Shown: positions 7,838 to 19,700 of the stretch, piece after piece | Position numbering within the stretch: position 1 is the stretch's first letter | Layout: the number at the start of each line of letters is the position of its first letter | DNA from: a virus | Lineage: Duplodnaviria; Caudoviricetes | DNA length: 27,589 nt | Virus record (IMG/VR): IMGVR_UViG_3300027813_000065 | Span: 1 to 27,589 of that record | Strand: one strand, 5' to 3' | Notes under the pieces: model-generated | Databases searched by the model: none | The model's input: the letters and a program-made list of their open reading frames with translations, nothing else | Told to the model about the DNA's origin: nothing | Program-made: the position numbers and the translations under genes

Positions 7838-10693
7838 ATGAATATGTTGGAATTTTTCCAGCAAGTCTTACCGACAGAGGGATTCTATGTTACTACAGTT
7901 ATTAATACTGACGGCAGAAAACAAGGATTCTTTAAGACAGTAGACGAGCTGGCACAAGTATGCGAAAGATTAGATAAGACTAAGAACAATACTTACTTTG
8001 CTATATCCGCATTCAAACAGAAGGGTAACAGGAAGCAAGACAACGTACGAGCTACTAAAGTTATAGCTATAGACGTAGACTGTGGACCTACCAAACCCTA
8101 TCCATCTTGGAAAGAAGGACTATCAGCACTGGGTAAATTTGTAGATGAGATGGGCTTACCTAAGCCTATGATTATACACTCAGGTAATGGACTGCATGTG
8201 TACTGGTTACTAGAAAAAGAACTACCTCCTGAAGATTGGAGACCCCTAGCTGAAGCTATGAAGCAAGCAGCTATAGATAAAGAATTTAAAATTGACGCAG
8301 GACTTACAGCAAACAGTGCACTAGTACTAAGACCTATAGGTACACACAATCCAAAGAACGGGAATGAAGTTAAACTATTAGTACCATCTAAACCTGTTGA
8401 CAACATGGTGGTACAAGAATGTCTATCGTATTACTATCGTCGAGATGTACGGTCAGACAGTAGTTCATCACAGGACAACTCGTTGCTGTCTAATTTAGTT
8501 AGTAATCAAGAGTATCAACCAGCTATAGGCTCTATTGTTGCTACTAAGTGTAAGCAAATAGAGTGGGCTATGGCTAATCAGGACAAGGTAGATGAACCAT
8601 TATGGTACAGCATGATAGGAGTAGCCGCATTTTGTACTGACCCTGAGAAGACAGCTATAGAATGGTCTAAAGGACACAGCAGATATAATGAAAGAGCAAC
8701 CATAGACAAACTTGTTCAGTGGAGAGAGTCGGCTTCGGGCCCGGCAACCTGTTCGAAGTTTGAAACAGACAGACCCACTGGATGTAAGGGCTGTAAATAC
8801 AAGGGTAAGATAGGCTCACCAGCTAGGCTGGGAGTACAATACCAAGAAGCTCCTGTAATTAAGGAAGCTCCTGACACGATAGCTAACTCAGTACCCATGC
8901 CTAAACCATTTAAAAGAACTAAAGAGGGTATAAAGCTAACCCTAGATGACACAGATATAGATGTATGTAAGTTTGATATATACCCTGTAGCTTATGGGTA
9001 TGATGAATCATTAGGATACGAGACAGTAAGGTATCATTGGAACAGACCTCACATGGGGTGGCAAGAACTTGTGTTAAGACAAGCATATCTCACTGATGGA
9101 AACCGTGAGTTTCCTAGTGCTATAGCAGACCAAGGTATTGTATTGTACAATAAGAAACAAACGGAGTACTTCCAGCTTATGTTAAGAACTTACATGGATG
9201 AACTAAGACAGATTCGTACAATGACTAACCTGTATTCAACTATGGGTTGGAAAGAACATAACAAATCATTTATCTTAGGTAACACTATACTAAGGCGTAA
9301 GGATGATGGGTCAGTTACAGAGGAGAAGATTAACCTAGCTTCAGTTGTATCCAAAAGCAGTACAGATATGTTTAGTACTAAGGGCTCACTACAACAGTGG
9401 GTTAACCTGACTTCTGTATTAGAGAAAGCTAATCTTAAATCACATATGTTTGTATTAGGTGTAGGATTTTCAGCACCTCTATATAACTTTACTGGACTTA
9501 AAGGATTGACGGTATCACTGTATGGACCAACTGGTGGTGGTAAAACACTGGCTCAGTACTGGGCACAGTCTATATATGGTAATCCTGATAAGCTACATTT
9601 TGCTGCCAAGTACACACAGAACAGTTTGTTCTCACGTCTTGGTACATACGCTAACCTACCGCTTACTATAGATGAAGTAACTATGATGAATGATAAAGAG
9701 GTCGGAGACTTCTGTTACTGGGTGTCTCAAGGTAGAGATAAAGCTAGACTTAATCGTAACTCGGAAGAACGAGAAGCAAAGTCTTGGGCTACACCTGTCA
9801 TAGTATCTACCAACAAGTCTCTACAAAGTAAGCTAATTGCTTCTGGTTTAGATACAGATGCACAGATGGCTAGACTATTAGAAGTAACAGTCCCTTCATC
9901 AGCTGTGTTTACTAGAGATACTAATGTAGGTAAAAAGATTTACGACGCAATCCATACTAACTATGGTGAAGCTGGTAAGGTATTCATTAAGAAGTTACTT
10001 GAGATGGGAGAAGAAGGAATCCAGTCTGCTATAGCAGAAGCCACAGCTAACTTTGCTAAAAAATACAAGGCTAAGTTTAGTGGTGAAGAAAGATACTGGG
10101 AGCAAGCAATCATACTATCTGATTTATCTATGAGCCTTGCTAAAGATTGGGGTCTAATAAACTTTGAGTATGAGCAGTCTACCGAGTGGGTACTATCACA
10201 GATAGGAGCTATCCGTAGGTCAGTACAAGAGAACCAAGTAGACGCATTTGATTTAGTTGCAGAGTACATGGCTGACTCAGCTGATACATCTGTTACTGTC
10301 ATGCATACCATAGGTCAGAAATCACAGCCTGATTTCTCTAGGATACCAAGAGGAGACATAAGAATAAGATTAGATGTGTATCGTAAGTCTGCATTAGAAC
10401 AGTTTGATAAAGGCACAATGATGGTAGACCGAACTCACTTTAGGAAGTGGTTGTCTGTGCGTGGTGCTGACTACAAGACATTCAAACAGGAACTTGTTGA
10501 TGAGAACGTGGTCGCTACTCCTAGGTCGGAGAAAGCGTCACTAGGTAAAGACACCCCAGTTAAATTAGCACAGCAGTATGTGATTGGATTTAATCTAACT
10601 CATCCTAGATTTCAAAGCCTGCTAGAAAATGCTGATGTAGAAGCAGATGACCTATCATACGGACAATTACAGGTGATTGACAAAAAACCATAG
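7838..10693 (+). CDS. DNA primase(-polymerase)/helicase: N-terminal AEP/RepB-like primase plus DUF927 P-loop helicase
   Basis: AEP motifs AIDVD and HSGNGLHVYW; C...CKGC Cys cluster; Walker A GPTGGGKT, Walker B LTIDE, SQGRDKARL; SD GAGGGGAG. Confidence 0.88.
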   Translation: MNMLEFFQQVLPTEGFYVTTVINTDGRKQGFFKTVDELAQVCERLDKTKNNTYFAISAFKQKGNRKQDNVRATKVIAIDVDCGPTKPYPSWKEGLSALGKFVDEMGLPKPMIIHSGNGLHVYWLLEKELPPEDWRPLAEAMKQAAIDKEFKIDAGLTANSALVLRPIGTHNPKNGNEVKLLVPSKPVDNMVVQECLSYYYRRDVRSDSSSSQDNSLLSNLVSNQEYQPAIGSIVATKCKQIEWAMANQDKVDEPLWYSMIGVAAFCTDPEKTAIEWSKGHSRYNERATIDKLVQWRESASGPATCSKFETDRPTGCKGCKYKGKIGSPARLGVQYQEAPVIKEAPDTIANSVPMPKPFKRTKEGIKLTLDDTDIDVCKFDIYPVAYGYDESLGYETVRYHWNRPHMGWQELVLRQAYLTDGNREFPSAIADQGIVLYNKKQTEYFQLMLRTYMDELRQIRTMTNLYSTMGWKEHNKSFILGNTILRRKDDGSVTEEKINLASVVSKSSTDMFSTKGSLQQWVNLTSVLEKANLKSHMFVLGVGFSAPLYNFTGLKGLTVSLYGPTGGGKTLAQYWAQSIYGNPDKLHFAAKYTQNSLFSRLGTYANLPLTIDEVTMMNDKEVGDFCYWVSQGRDKARLNRNSEEREAKSWATPVIVSTNKSLQSKLIASGLDTDAQMARLLEVTVPSSAVFTRDTNVGKKIYDAIHTNYGEAGKVFIKKLLEMGEEGIQSAIAEATANFAKKYKAKFSGEERYWEQAIILSDLSMSLAKDWGLINFEYEQSTEWVLSQIGAIRRSVQENQVDAFDLVAEYMADSADTSVTVMHTIGQKSQPDFSRIPRGDIRIRLDVYRKSALEQFDKGTMMVDRTHFRKWLSVRGADYKTFKQELVDENVVATPRSEKASLGKDTPVKLAQQYVIGFNLTHPRFQSLLENADVEADDLSYGQLQVIDKKP

Positions 10694-10700
10694 GCCTAAC

Positions 10701-10744
10701 AGCCTCGAGAAGGCCAGCAATTAAAGGTTGGTGTACTCTAGGCT
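10701..10744. terminator. Imperfect hairpin between the convergent operons (possible bidirectional terminator)
   Basis: AGCCTCGAG (10701-10709) pairs 8/9 with CTCTAGGCT (10736-10744); inner GCCAGC/GTTGGT stem; no U-tract. Confidence 0.3.
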
Positions 10745-13700
10745 ACTGAATATCGTACGCTTCCATTAGTTTTTCTATATCTGGACGAGACCTTTTTGTT
10801 GCAAACTTTTTAAATCTTTCAGCAGCTGGTAACTTCCAAGCGTCATACATTCTATTAGCTGAGGTTTTCCAATCATCTAAATAAAACTCGGTGTTTCTAC
10901 TAGTTCTGTTGTAATTTTTAACAGCTCTTTCAACCCTCCTCATCTCGCCTCTGTCTCCTGAGATTCTTGCTTTAACATATGCCTCAGAAAATTTTGCTTT
11001 AATTGATTTAACATAGTCACCTGTTTGTTTAGTCATACGTATAATATCATTTTGATAGGACGCACTTGCTGGGTAGAAGTTTAAAGCTCTAAGAAATATT
11101 TCATGGAAGGCAACATTTTTATCTAATACTTTGCCTTGCTTGTTAGTAATAACACCATCATCATAATAACTATATGCGTCTGCTATAGCTCTTATACCAC
11201 CAAAAGGTTGTGACCTTAGAACATCTTTAAAGTTTGTTGTGTCATCTTTTATACCAACAACTTCTGCACTCCAGTTTGTAAGTAAAGTTAGAGCAGATAC
11301 TGTTTGGTCTCCCGCTGCCCATACAGGACCTAAGAAGTTTTGAGTTTCTCTCCAAGGGTCTGAACCTGCTTTAGCAATACCAGTTAGTGGTATTAAATCA
11401 CCGAAGCCTAACCTTGTGGATATAGTACCTCCACTAAATTTATCTATGACTCCCCTCATTACCAATGGTGACATTCCAGGGGCAACCTCTTCAATAAACA
11501 TATTTAATTCTTTCTCTACTGTGCCCATTTTAATGCCAAACATTTGAGTTAATGTGTCAATTAAATCTGTAATATCTTCTGCAAAAGGTAATCCTTTCAT
11601 ACCTGATAGTAAGAACAGTAATGCTAAGAAATATATTCTTTCGTTCCTACCTAAGTTTTTCATAAGCTCAACACTAATAAAAACAAACTGCTTATACATC
11701 ATTATAGAATTAAGTAGCGGACCTCTAGATATCTTAGGTCTGTTGAACATAGAGTACTCACCTTGAGATGTATTTACTGCTACCTCAGCAAACTGTGCAG
11801 CTAAACCTTGAATCTCTATATCTAGTTCTGCTTTTCTTTCTTCAGTTATACCTTCTACATTATACTTAGCATCGTTTCCTGCTCTAAGTTTTTCTTTTTG
11901 TAATCTGTAAGCTGCTAAGAATGTAGCTCTTCTGTTAAGTTGTTCTGTGTAAGAAAACAATGTCATCCATTTTTTAAGGAAACCAGATGTGGTGTTTGTC
12001 ATACCACCTCTTGCTGAACCTACTAGTGCATTGTACTGAGCGGCTTGAAGCACCCCATCAGATGTTGCTCTATGTAAAGCTTGAGCTTCATCTTCACTTA
12101 TATTATATTCATCTTGTAATAGTTTAGCTTCGGCGTATCTTGTTTTATCTATCTCGCTAACATCTGTCTTAAGAGCATACCTACCTGTCTCACGGTCATA
12201 GCCAGTTACTTTATGCATAAAATCTAAGTTAGCTAAACTTTTTGATAGTCCATCTTCCGTTAAACCTAATCTTGTTTTTATACCATCACTCATTTCACTA
12301 ACAGCTCTTAGCATTGCTGCAGATGAAGCAGATATACCAAACCCACCGCCGTAACCAGTCTTAGGATTATAGGTTGCAAGGAACGGTATACTATGAGTAA
12401 CCATGGACATTGAATTAATTATAGCAGTTGCAACAGAACCACCTAGTTGAGAAGACACTGCTAATATTTTAAGGTTCTGTCCTAGTTTACTAGTTTCAAG
12501 AACATCTTCTGTTGAATCTACTATGTTGTCACCGCTACCATAGTAAGCTAATAAATCGTTGGCAGTCTTTCTATACTCTTCACCCCTACCTTCAGGCTTA
12601 ACTTGTTTAGGTGTTCTTACATTAGCAAGTACACCTGTCATTTCGTATATAGTAATGTCACCTTTAGAACTTTCTAAAGTAGGTGCACTATATCTATACA
12701 TGTTAGCGTACTCATCATAATTTGCTCTGGCTAATTGTTTTTCGGCTTCGTTAGTATTATCTACAGTGTCTACTCTATCCAAAGTTTCTTTTAATTCATC
12801 TAGTAATTCTCTATCACCTAACCATTTTTTTTCATCAGATATAACATTATTAAGTTTGTGTTCAAAATAAGTTTTACCTGCTAGATGAGACTGTGCTCGT
12901 AAGTACATGGCTTGAGTTCGTACTACATCTGGGTCCCAACCTGCTTTACCAACACGAGGTAGTTTGTTTCTAGCTGCTGACCCTGTTTCTGTAAGCCCTT
13001 TAATAACTTTATCTTTATCTTTAGCAGAAAGATTTATACCTAAGGCATCAGCAATTCTTAAGAAACCAGTTAGGTTTTGGTCAAGCGACATTAAAGATGC
13101 TGTTCTAGCTTCACTAATTCCTGGTTCTAATGTAACTTCAACCTCTTGGTCCGATGAATCTTTAACTACAAATAGGTTTTTACCAAAATTTTCTCCAACT
13201 TTTATTTGTATATCTCTAGCATCATCTCCGGATTCAACTTGAAAGTATGGCATAGCATTTTTATATTGGTCGGCAAGTTTTATTATTTTTCTATCTTTGT
13301 CAAAGGCTATAGTCTCCACTTGATACTTACCACGTCTAGCAAATTGTACATAGCCTGTCATTAAAGTACGCTTAGAATTAAATTCTATCTGCCTATTACC
13401 TTCTTCTAGAGCAAATAAAGTTTTAATAGTATTAGTTATTTTATTAGCTTCGGGATTCCCTTGTTTACTTACTTTAAACATAGCGTTTAATTCGTCTAAC
13501 CCCTCTATAATTCTTGCGTATTTTTCTATAGGAAAAGCAAATATAGGTTGAGCATCTGTGTTTGGTTTGCTAGTATTCTTATCCCAATCCGTTGGCTTAT
13601 AATTTTGTTCTACACCTACACCTGCGTTACCATCTCTCCAGTCTTTAAGTTTTAATGGTTCAAACAAAGCACGGTTAACTTCCCTTATAAACAAGTCAGA

Positions 13701-16700
13701 CTTAGCTTTAGCTTTAGTTGTATAATCTGTTTTCCTACTACCAATCGCCTCTTCTTGGCGTAGCTCTTTATACTTATCCATAATTAGTATGAATGTTTCT
13801 CTAGCCCCAGTTAAGTTTGAGTCTTGGCCAACACTTTTTAAGAAGTTATTTATTGAATCTTGCCTCTCAAATTTACCTGCATCAAGACTTGATTCAAACA
13901 CATCTATAGCTGACTTACTAATAGCTTTACGCATCTCTAAATATATTTTATAAATTCTAGGGGTAATTTTAAATCCATCCTCGTTAGTTTCGCCGTGAGA
14001 CTTACCATCTTCGGGTATAAATTTTCTTGATTCAAGATTACCTGTGTCATCTTCTATAGATATATCGTATGGTATACCCTCTATAAATTCTTCTATAGTT
14101 ACTAGACCCATGTCTTCTAATTCTCTTGCAGCCTTACGATTAATAATCTCTTCAGTTGAACCGTCTTTTATTTCTCTTAAGCTAGATGCTTTTTCAATAG
14201 TTGAATCTTCACCGTTTTGTTTAGCTCTGTATAAAGCTGCAAAAGAAAGTAGCTTCCCTGCATTTTTTGTTTCTAAATCAGTAGGCCCTACATTTCCTGC
14301 TTCGGTACCACTTTTATCAGTGTCTATAAGTTTTTTGTACTGTTCGTTGGTTGTAACAGTTTCTTCCCCTTTATATTTTGTATCGAACACATTTGGTTTG
14401 GTAGAGAACTGAGTTAATGTTTCATAAGTTCTTTCTAAACTTTTTATTTTTTTAGATTGCATACCAAAGATGTTAAATAGATTTCTTAGTCCTTCGTTAC
14501 GAACAGATATATTACCTAATGTCTGCATGTATTCTAATGCCGACCCTATAGCTCTTGGTAAATCTAATCCTATTTTATTTTTTATCAGCTGACTAAATCC
14601 ACCGAAGGAACCGAAGGAACTGAATGCACCATTTGAAGTTATACCATTCATCGCAAAGACAGACGCTGGTAAATCAGTGTTGTGTTGTTCTGTATTAAAT
14701 CTAGTTTGCGTAGCCCTGTCATACTCATCTTCTATATTACTTACAAGTTGATTTAAGTTAAAGTAACTACCACCACCTGTGCGTAAGTTCCTACGTGATT
14801 GACTTAGTATGTATCTCGACAAGTCATCATCAAATTTAATACCAATTTTATTTAGGAAGTTTTTTATTGCAAACCATATTCTTTGTATAGCTGATACATC
14901 TAAGGTAGCCGCTGCGTTAGCCATGGCTTCTTCAATAGCTATGTATTTATCCATACCATTTTTTATATGCATGTCTGCAACAGCTTTGATATGACCTTCG
15001 CTGTTATATAAATCTTCTAGTACTGCATTTAGTTTACCGTCGGGGACGAACGCTCGTAGTCCAAAGTGACCTAACGTTTCGTGAGCTACTATAAATTTTA
15101 ATTGCTCTTCAGTTTTAATGTTGTCAGCAAGCACAACAATCTCATCACCCAATGCAAAAGCTGCAAAGTTTGTTGTATCAAAGTCTCCTTGTTGCCTACC
15201 TGCAACTGCTCTTTCGTATAGCTCAGGGAATTTAGATTCTAGTTCTGCTTTATCTTTAACTACTGTAGCTTTAGGTTTTAGTTGGAGTTTGCTTAGAGCT
15301 TTATTTACAATAGCTCTGACTCTAAGTATAGGTACTGGATTTTTAATAATAGAACCATCAAGTCTAAAGAAGGTTGTATCATCTGGGTCATCATCTACAT
15401 CTGCTAACAAATCGTCTATATCTTTTTCGTCTAAAACTTTTTTAGTTAAGAACGCTTGACCTTGTGGTGTATCTTTTGTTTTTTTCTTAGCTTCTTTGTC
15501 AGCTGCTTTATTTTCTGCTTCTGTTTTAATACGAGTTTTTCTCTTTAGGTTAGCTGCTTTAACTTTTTTTTCTTCCTTTAAGTCGGCTGCTTTATTTTCT
15601 GCTTCTGTTTTAATACGAGCGTCTCTTAGTTTTAAACCTTGTTTTGTTATAGGTTTAAATATAGGACTATTTTCAACTGATGTAGTTCTATAAGTTATTA
15701 ACTTACCTTTGTCAGTAAAGTAATCGCTAAGTAATGTGCCTTCTTTATCTAATCCATAGTTCTTATCTTCATCTGATAATTCTGCAAATTTTTCTTCTAT
15801 TCTTTTTTTAGGTTTACTTCTTGCTAACTGTTTTATTGGTACTGTGCCAGGTGCTTCTTTTATTTGGTTTCTAATCAGGTCATGAATTTGAATAGCTGTG
15901 TAATCTGGCTCAGTGTCAGTAACACCAGTTTTTTTAACATCTTTTGGTTGGTTTTTTGCTATTATTTCAGCCGCACCAGTAAGAGTAGATTTTCTACCCA
16001 GTTTTTTTAGTCTCTGGTCTATTACTGCTTGATACGTGCCTCTTCTTTTAGTCCATGCAATAGTTTCTTTTATTGTAAGCTCTGATTTTTTTACTGTACC
16101 AGCTAAACCTGTAGCTCCTTCTTCATATATTTTAGTTGTAAGCCTATCAAATATTATATCGTCTAATACAGCGGCTTCGTTTTCAGTGTATAGTCCTGTG
16201 TTTGCAAAATAAGTATCTAAAAAATTACGAGCTAGTGTGTTTGCTTCATCATTAAATGTAGTATCCCCATAAATTTTATTTCGTTTATCTAACCAACCTA
16301 TATCTACTATCTCTGCTAATAAACTTTCTTTAGTAGCATTATTTGAAAGAGCTGCTTTATACTGTGCTCTACGCATTTTGGTGTATGCTGTTGGTTCTAC
16401 ACCTACATCTATAAAGTCTTGCTCAGTCAAGCCAAGGAACATATCTCTAATTTCTTTCGTATCTATTACTGTACTTTCTTTTACAGCTGTACTTATAAAA
16501 TCACTTATTGGTCCAGGTATTTTTCCTATAAACTCAGCCCCAGGTATTAACGATTTAATATTATCCCAAGCTTCTTGTGTGTCTTTGTATTCTGCCTTAA
16601 AGTCTTTTGGTTTTTTTCTAGCCCTTCTTATTTCATCTATTTCTTCTTGGCGTAAAAGTTCCTCTATTACTTTATTTTTCCTCGTGCTATCGCTTGATTC

Positions 16701-19700
16701 CGTAACAGGTTTTTTGTCAGTTTGCCCAGTGGTGTCTTCTTCTTTCTCAACTTGTAGTTTTTTCTTTCTTTTCTCCGTTTTTCCGACAGGCTTTTTAGTC
16801 CCAGCCTCGTTGGTAGTGTTAGAGTTTTCGGCGTTTCCTGTAGTAACTGTTTTGCTACTTCCGGTTTGTTTGCCTGTAACCACTTCAGTTGTTCCTTGCT
16901 TCGTATTGGCATTGTTTTCACCTCTTTTTAAATTGTTTTGTTTTATTCGTGGATTGTAAGGAGCATAGTTTCCATCAAAATTTTTGTCTGCTTTAACTAC
17001 TGACCCAAAAATAGAGCCACTAGGAAAAACTTTTCTCTTTTTTATTAAGTCAGGTTGTTTTTGTGCAGCCTCTAGTGTTTGGTAAATTATGGGTGCTAAG
17101 GGTTGTGTCTCAGCTGGGTTGAGTATTCTGTTAACATTAAATTCTGCAATTAATTCTTCAGGGCTAAGTAGGTAATTAAAAAATGTTGCGTCTATGTTCT
17201 TACCTTTTTTCTCTGCAGCTAATATTTTCTCTCTAAGACCAGGATACATATAGTTTTCTATAGCTTTTAGTTCGTCTTTTATAGTTGATTGGTTATTTAT
17301 ACCTGCACCATAATACGCATGTGAAGCATGGCCTAGTTCATGAGCTAAAAGATTTGGTACAACATTTCTTATACTTGGCCATCTACCATTAATTACAATA
17401 CCCCCTCTATAAAAAGCACCTTGATAGAAAACTACTTTACTCGTATCTACTGTATTAGGATTTTTTGCTATCACCATTATATTAAATAGTATATCCCCAT
17501 AGAGTTCTTTTAAGCCTTCAGGTGTTATGTTGCCTCTATTCTTTTGGACATAATCTATACTTTCAAATAGGTTTTTTCTACGGTCTGGGTCAGTAATATT
17601 ACTTTCTTCTGTACCACCTGATATTTCATCTGGAGCATTATTTTTAGACATTCTCTTTTGTCTTTTTACAGTTAGCTCAGGTGCGTTACTTTCATCTACT
17701 AAACTTGGTTCTTCACGAGGGTCAAATTTAGTCTTAGCTCTATCTACTGCATTTATTTCTTCAGTAGTTTCAGGTAAGACATCTGTTGTTCCTTGCTCTT
17801 TATTGGCATTTGCTTTTCTTTCTTCAGTTATACCCTCAAATTCTTCTTCTAATGCAGCTAGCTCAGCTTTTTTTTCTCCTTTTTTATAAAGGTCTCCATA
17901 TCGGTTTTGTATTTTATCATCCATGCTGTTTTTCGCATCATCTTCTGCTAAAATTGCTTCCACAACTTTTGCTTTTTCTTCTTCTTCGCCTGCTGTTGAA
18001 TCTTTTTTATCTGTTGCTATTGTTAGTGGTACTGATAATAACTGTAAGTACCTCTGTATTGCTTCGATATCAGCTACTGTGTTTCTATGCTCTAAATTAC
18101 CTGTTTTACCTTCTCTCTCTAAAGTAACTTTCCTACTTAATTTTCTTGTTAGTAAGTTAGATAGTTCTTCTGTATTTGCTACTTCTTCTCCTCTAGTTAA
18201 GTAATCACTTATTGTTTTACTTCTACCTTTAACTTTTGGAACAGATTTAAATTTGTATACTGATAAAGCTGTTTTATCAAGAGTTTTTATTTCAGCTAAT
18301 GTTTGATTAAATTTATCTTGAACAGTTAATTTTGTTTTACCTGATGTTGTAGTTGTTTTTTTACCTGATGTTTTTTTACCTGATGTTGTAGTTGCAGCTT
18401 CTGCAATTTTTAAAATTTCTTCAGCGTCTTTTATTCCTTGGTTAGTATCTGTATCTTTTGTTTCAGTAGTTGTTTCAGATGTTTCAACATTAAGTTCTAA
18501 TTGGTCTCCTTCCTTTTTGTTTTTGTTTTCGTTTTTGCTTATTATTTTTTCTAACGCATTTATTTCTTTTTTAGTTGTAAGGTCAGGTATATTTGTTTGA
18601 CTAGATACAGTAGCAACTTCTGGTGTATCAGGCACTGGCTCAAGTTTATTTAATTCTCTAGCATCAGTATTAAGTCTATCCTTAACAGTTCCTTCAGTCC
18701 CAGGTAAAGGTAGTTGTTGACCTATACCTGGGACTCCAGTTGTTCCTGATAAAGTTGCAGTACCTGTTGTAAGTTTTTCTTTACCTGATAAAGGTGCATT
18801 AGATATGGGTGGCTCTGTATTTGTATTACTTGGGTCTAATATATTTGCACTAGGTTTAGAAAGTAAGTTAGCTGCACCACCGATTGGACCACCAACAAAG
18901 AATCCTGCTGCAAACGCATTGATTAATCTAGTTCCAACTTCAGGGCTATTAATATCAAACTGTCCTGTGTTAGCTAGTATTAAACTTTCTTGTGCTACCT
19001 CTGTTGTACCTTCTAATGCACCACCAACTCCAAATCCTTTTAATGCTCTTGATGTTCTTCCACCTTGGTCAGTTCCTTCTAGTAATGTTTTGTTTATTCT
19101 TTTTGGGCTAACTTTAAATATTCTTGCAGCCAAAAGAAACTCAGGGAGCATCTCCATTGCAGCATAAGGTATTGCAGTAAGAGCCGCAGACACCCTATTA
19201 TCTTGACCCATCTCTCTTTGCTCGCCGTATACGTCTCCAAGACCTATACCATAACTACTAGTTCCAACTCCTAATGCAGCACCACCTGATATAGCTTGTC
19301 CTTTACCTACGTCACGTATTCTTTGGGCAGCTCCTGGTACTCCATCATCTATAACTACATCAAGTTTAGCTTTATTCTTTTTAAGGATTGCTTGTTTATA
19401 ACCTGGATATACTGCTATACCCATAAGCTTATTAGGATTTTGTCGTTCAGCAACAGCCGTTAAGCTTGATACCTCACGAAGTAATTTTTTATCCCCATCA
19501 CTAAGAGAGCCTTTGCCCTTTTTATAGTTCTTAGCTGCTTTTATTACAGCACTTTTATAAGATGCTTTGCCCATAACAGCAGCTATTGCACTACCTACAG
19601 CAGTAAATGGATTACCGCCTGCTACACCGCCAGCTAAACCACCTAATAATGCAGCTGCTACGGATTCTATTAAGTTAGGACCTTGTTGAGCAAGGTTAGC

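Noticed and set aside
195-10311. Short - strand ORFs antisense to the replication genes
   Set aside because: They lie opposite well-supported genes and show no motifs.
16925-16931. T-TTA-AAA slippery-like heptamer (- strand) just upstream of the nested ORF
   Set aside because: A -1 shift would hit TGA almost at once and cannot reach the nested ORF, which is in the +1 frame; such heptamers are common in AT-rich DNA.
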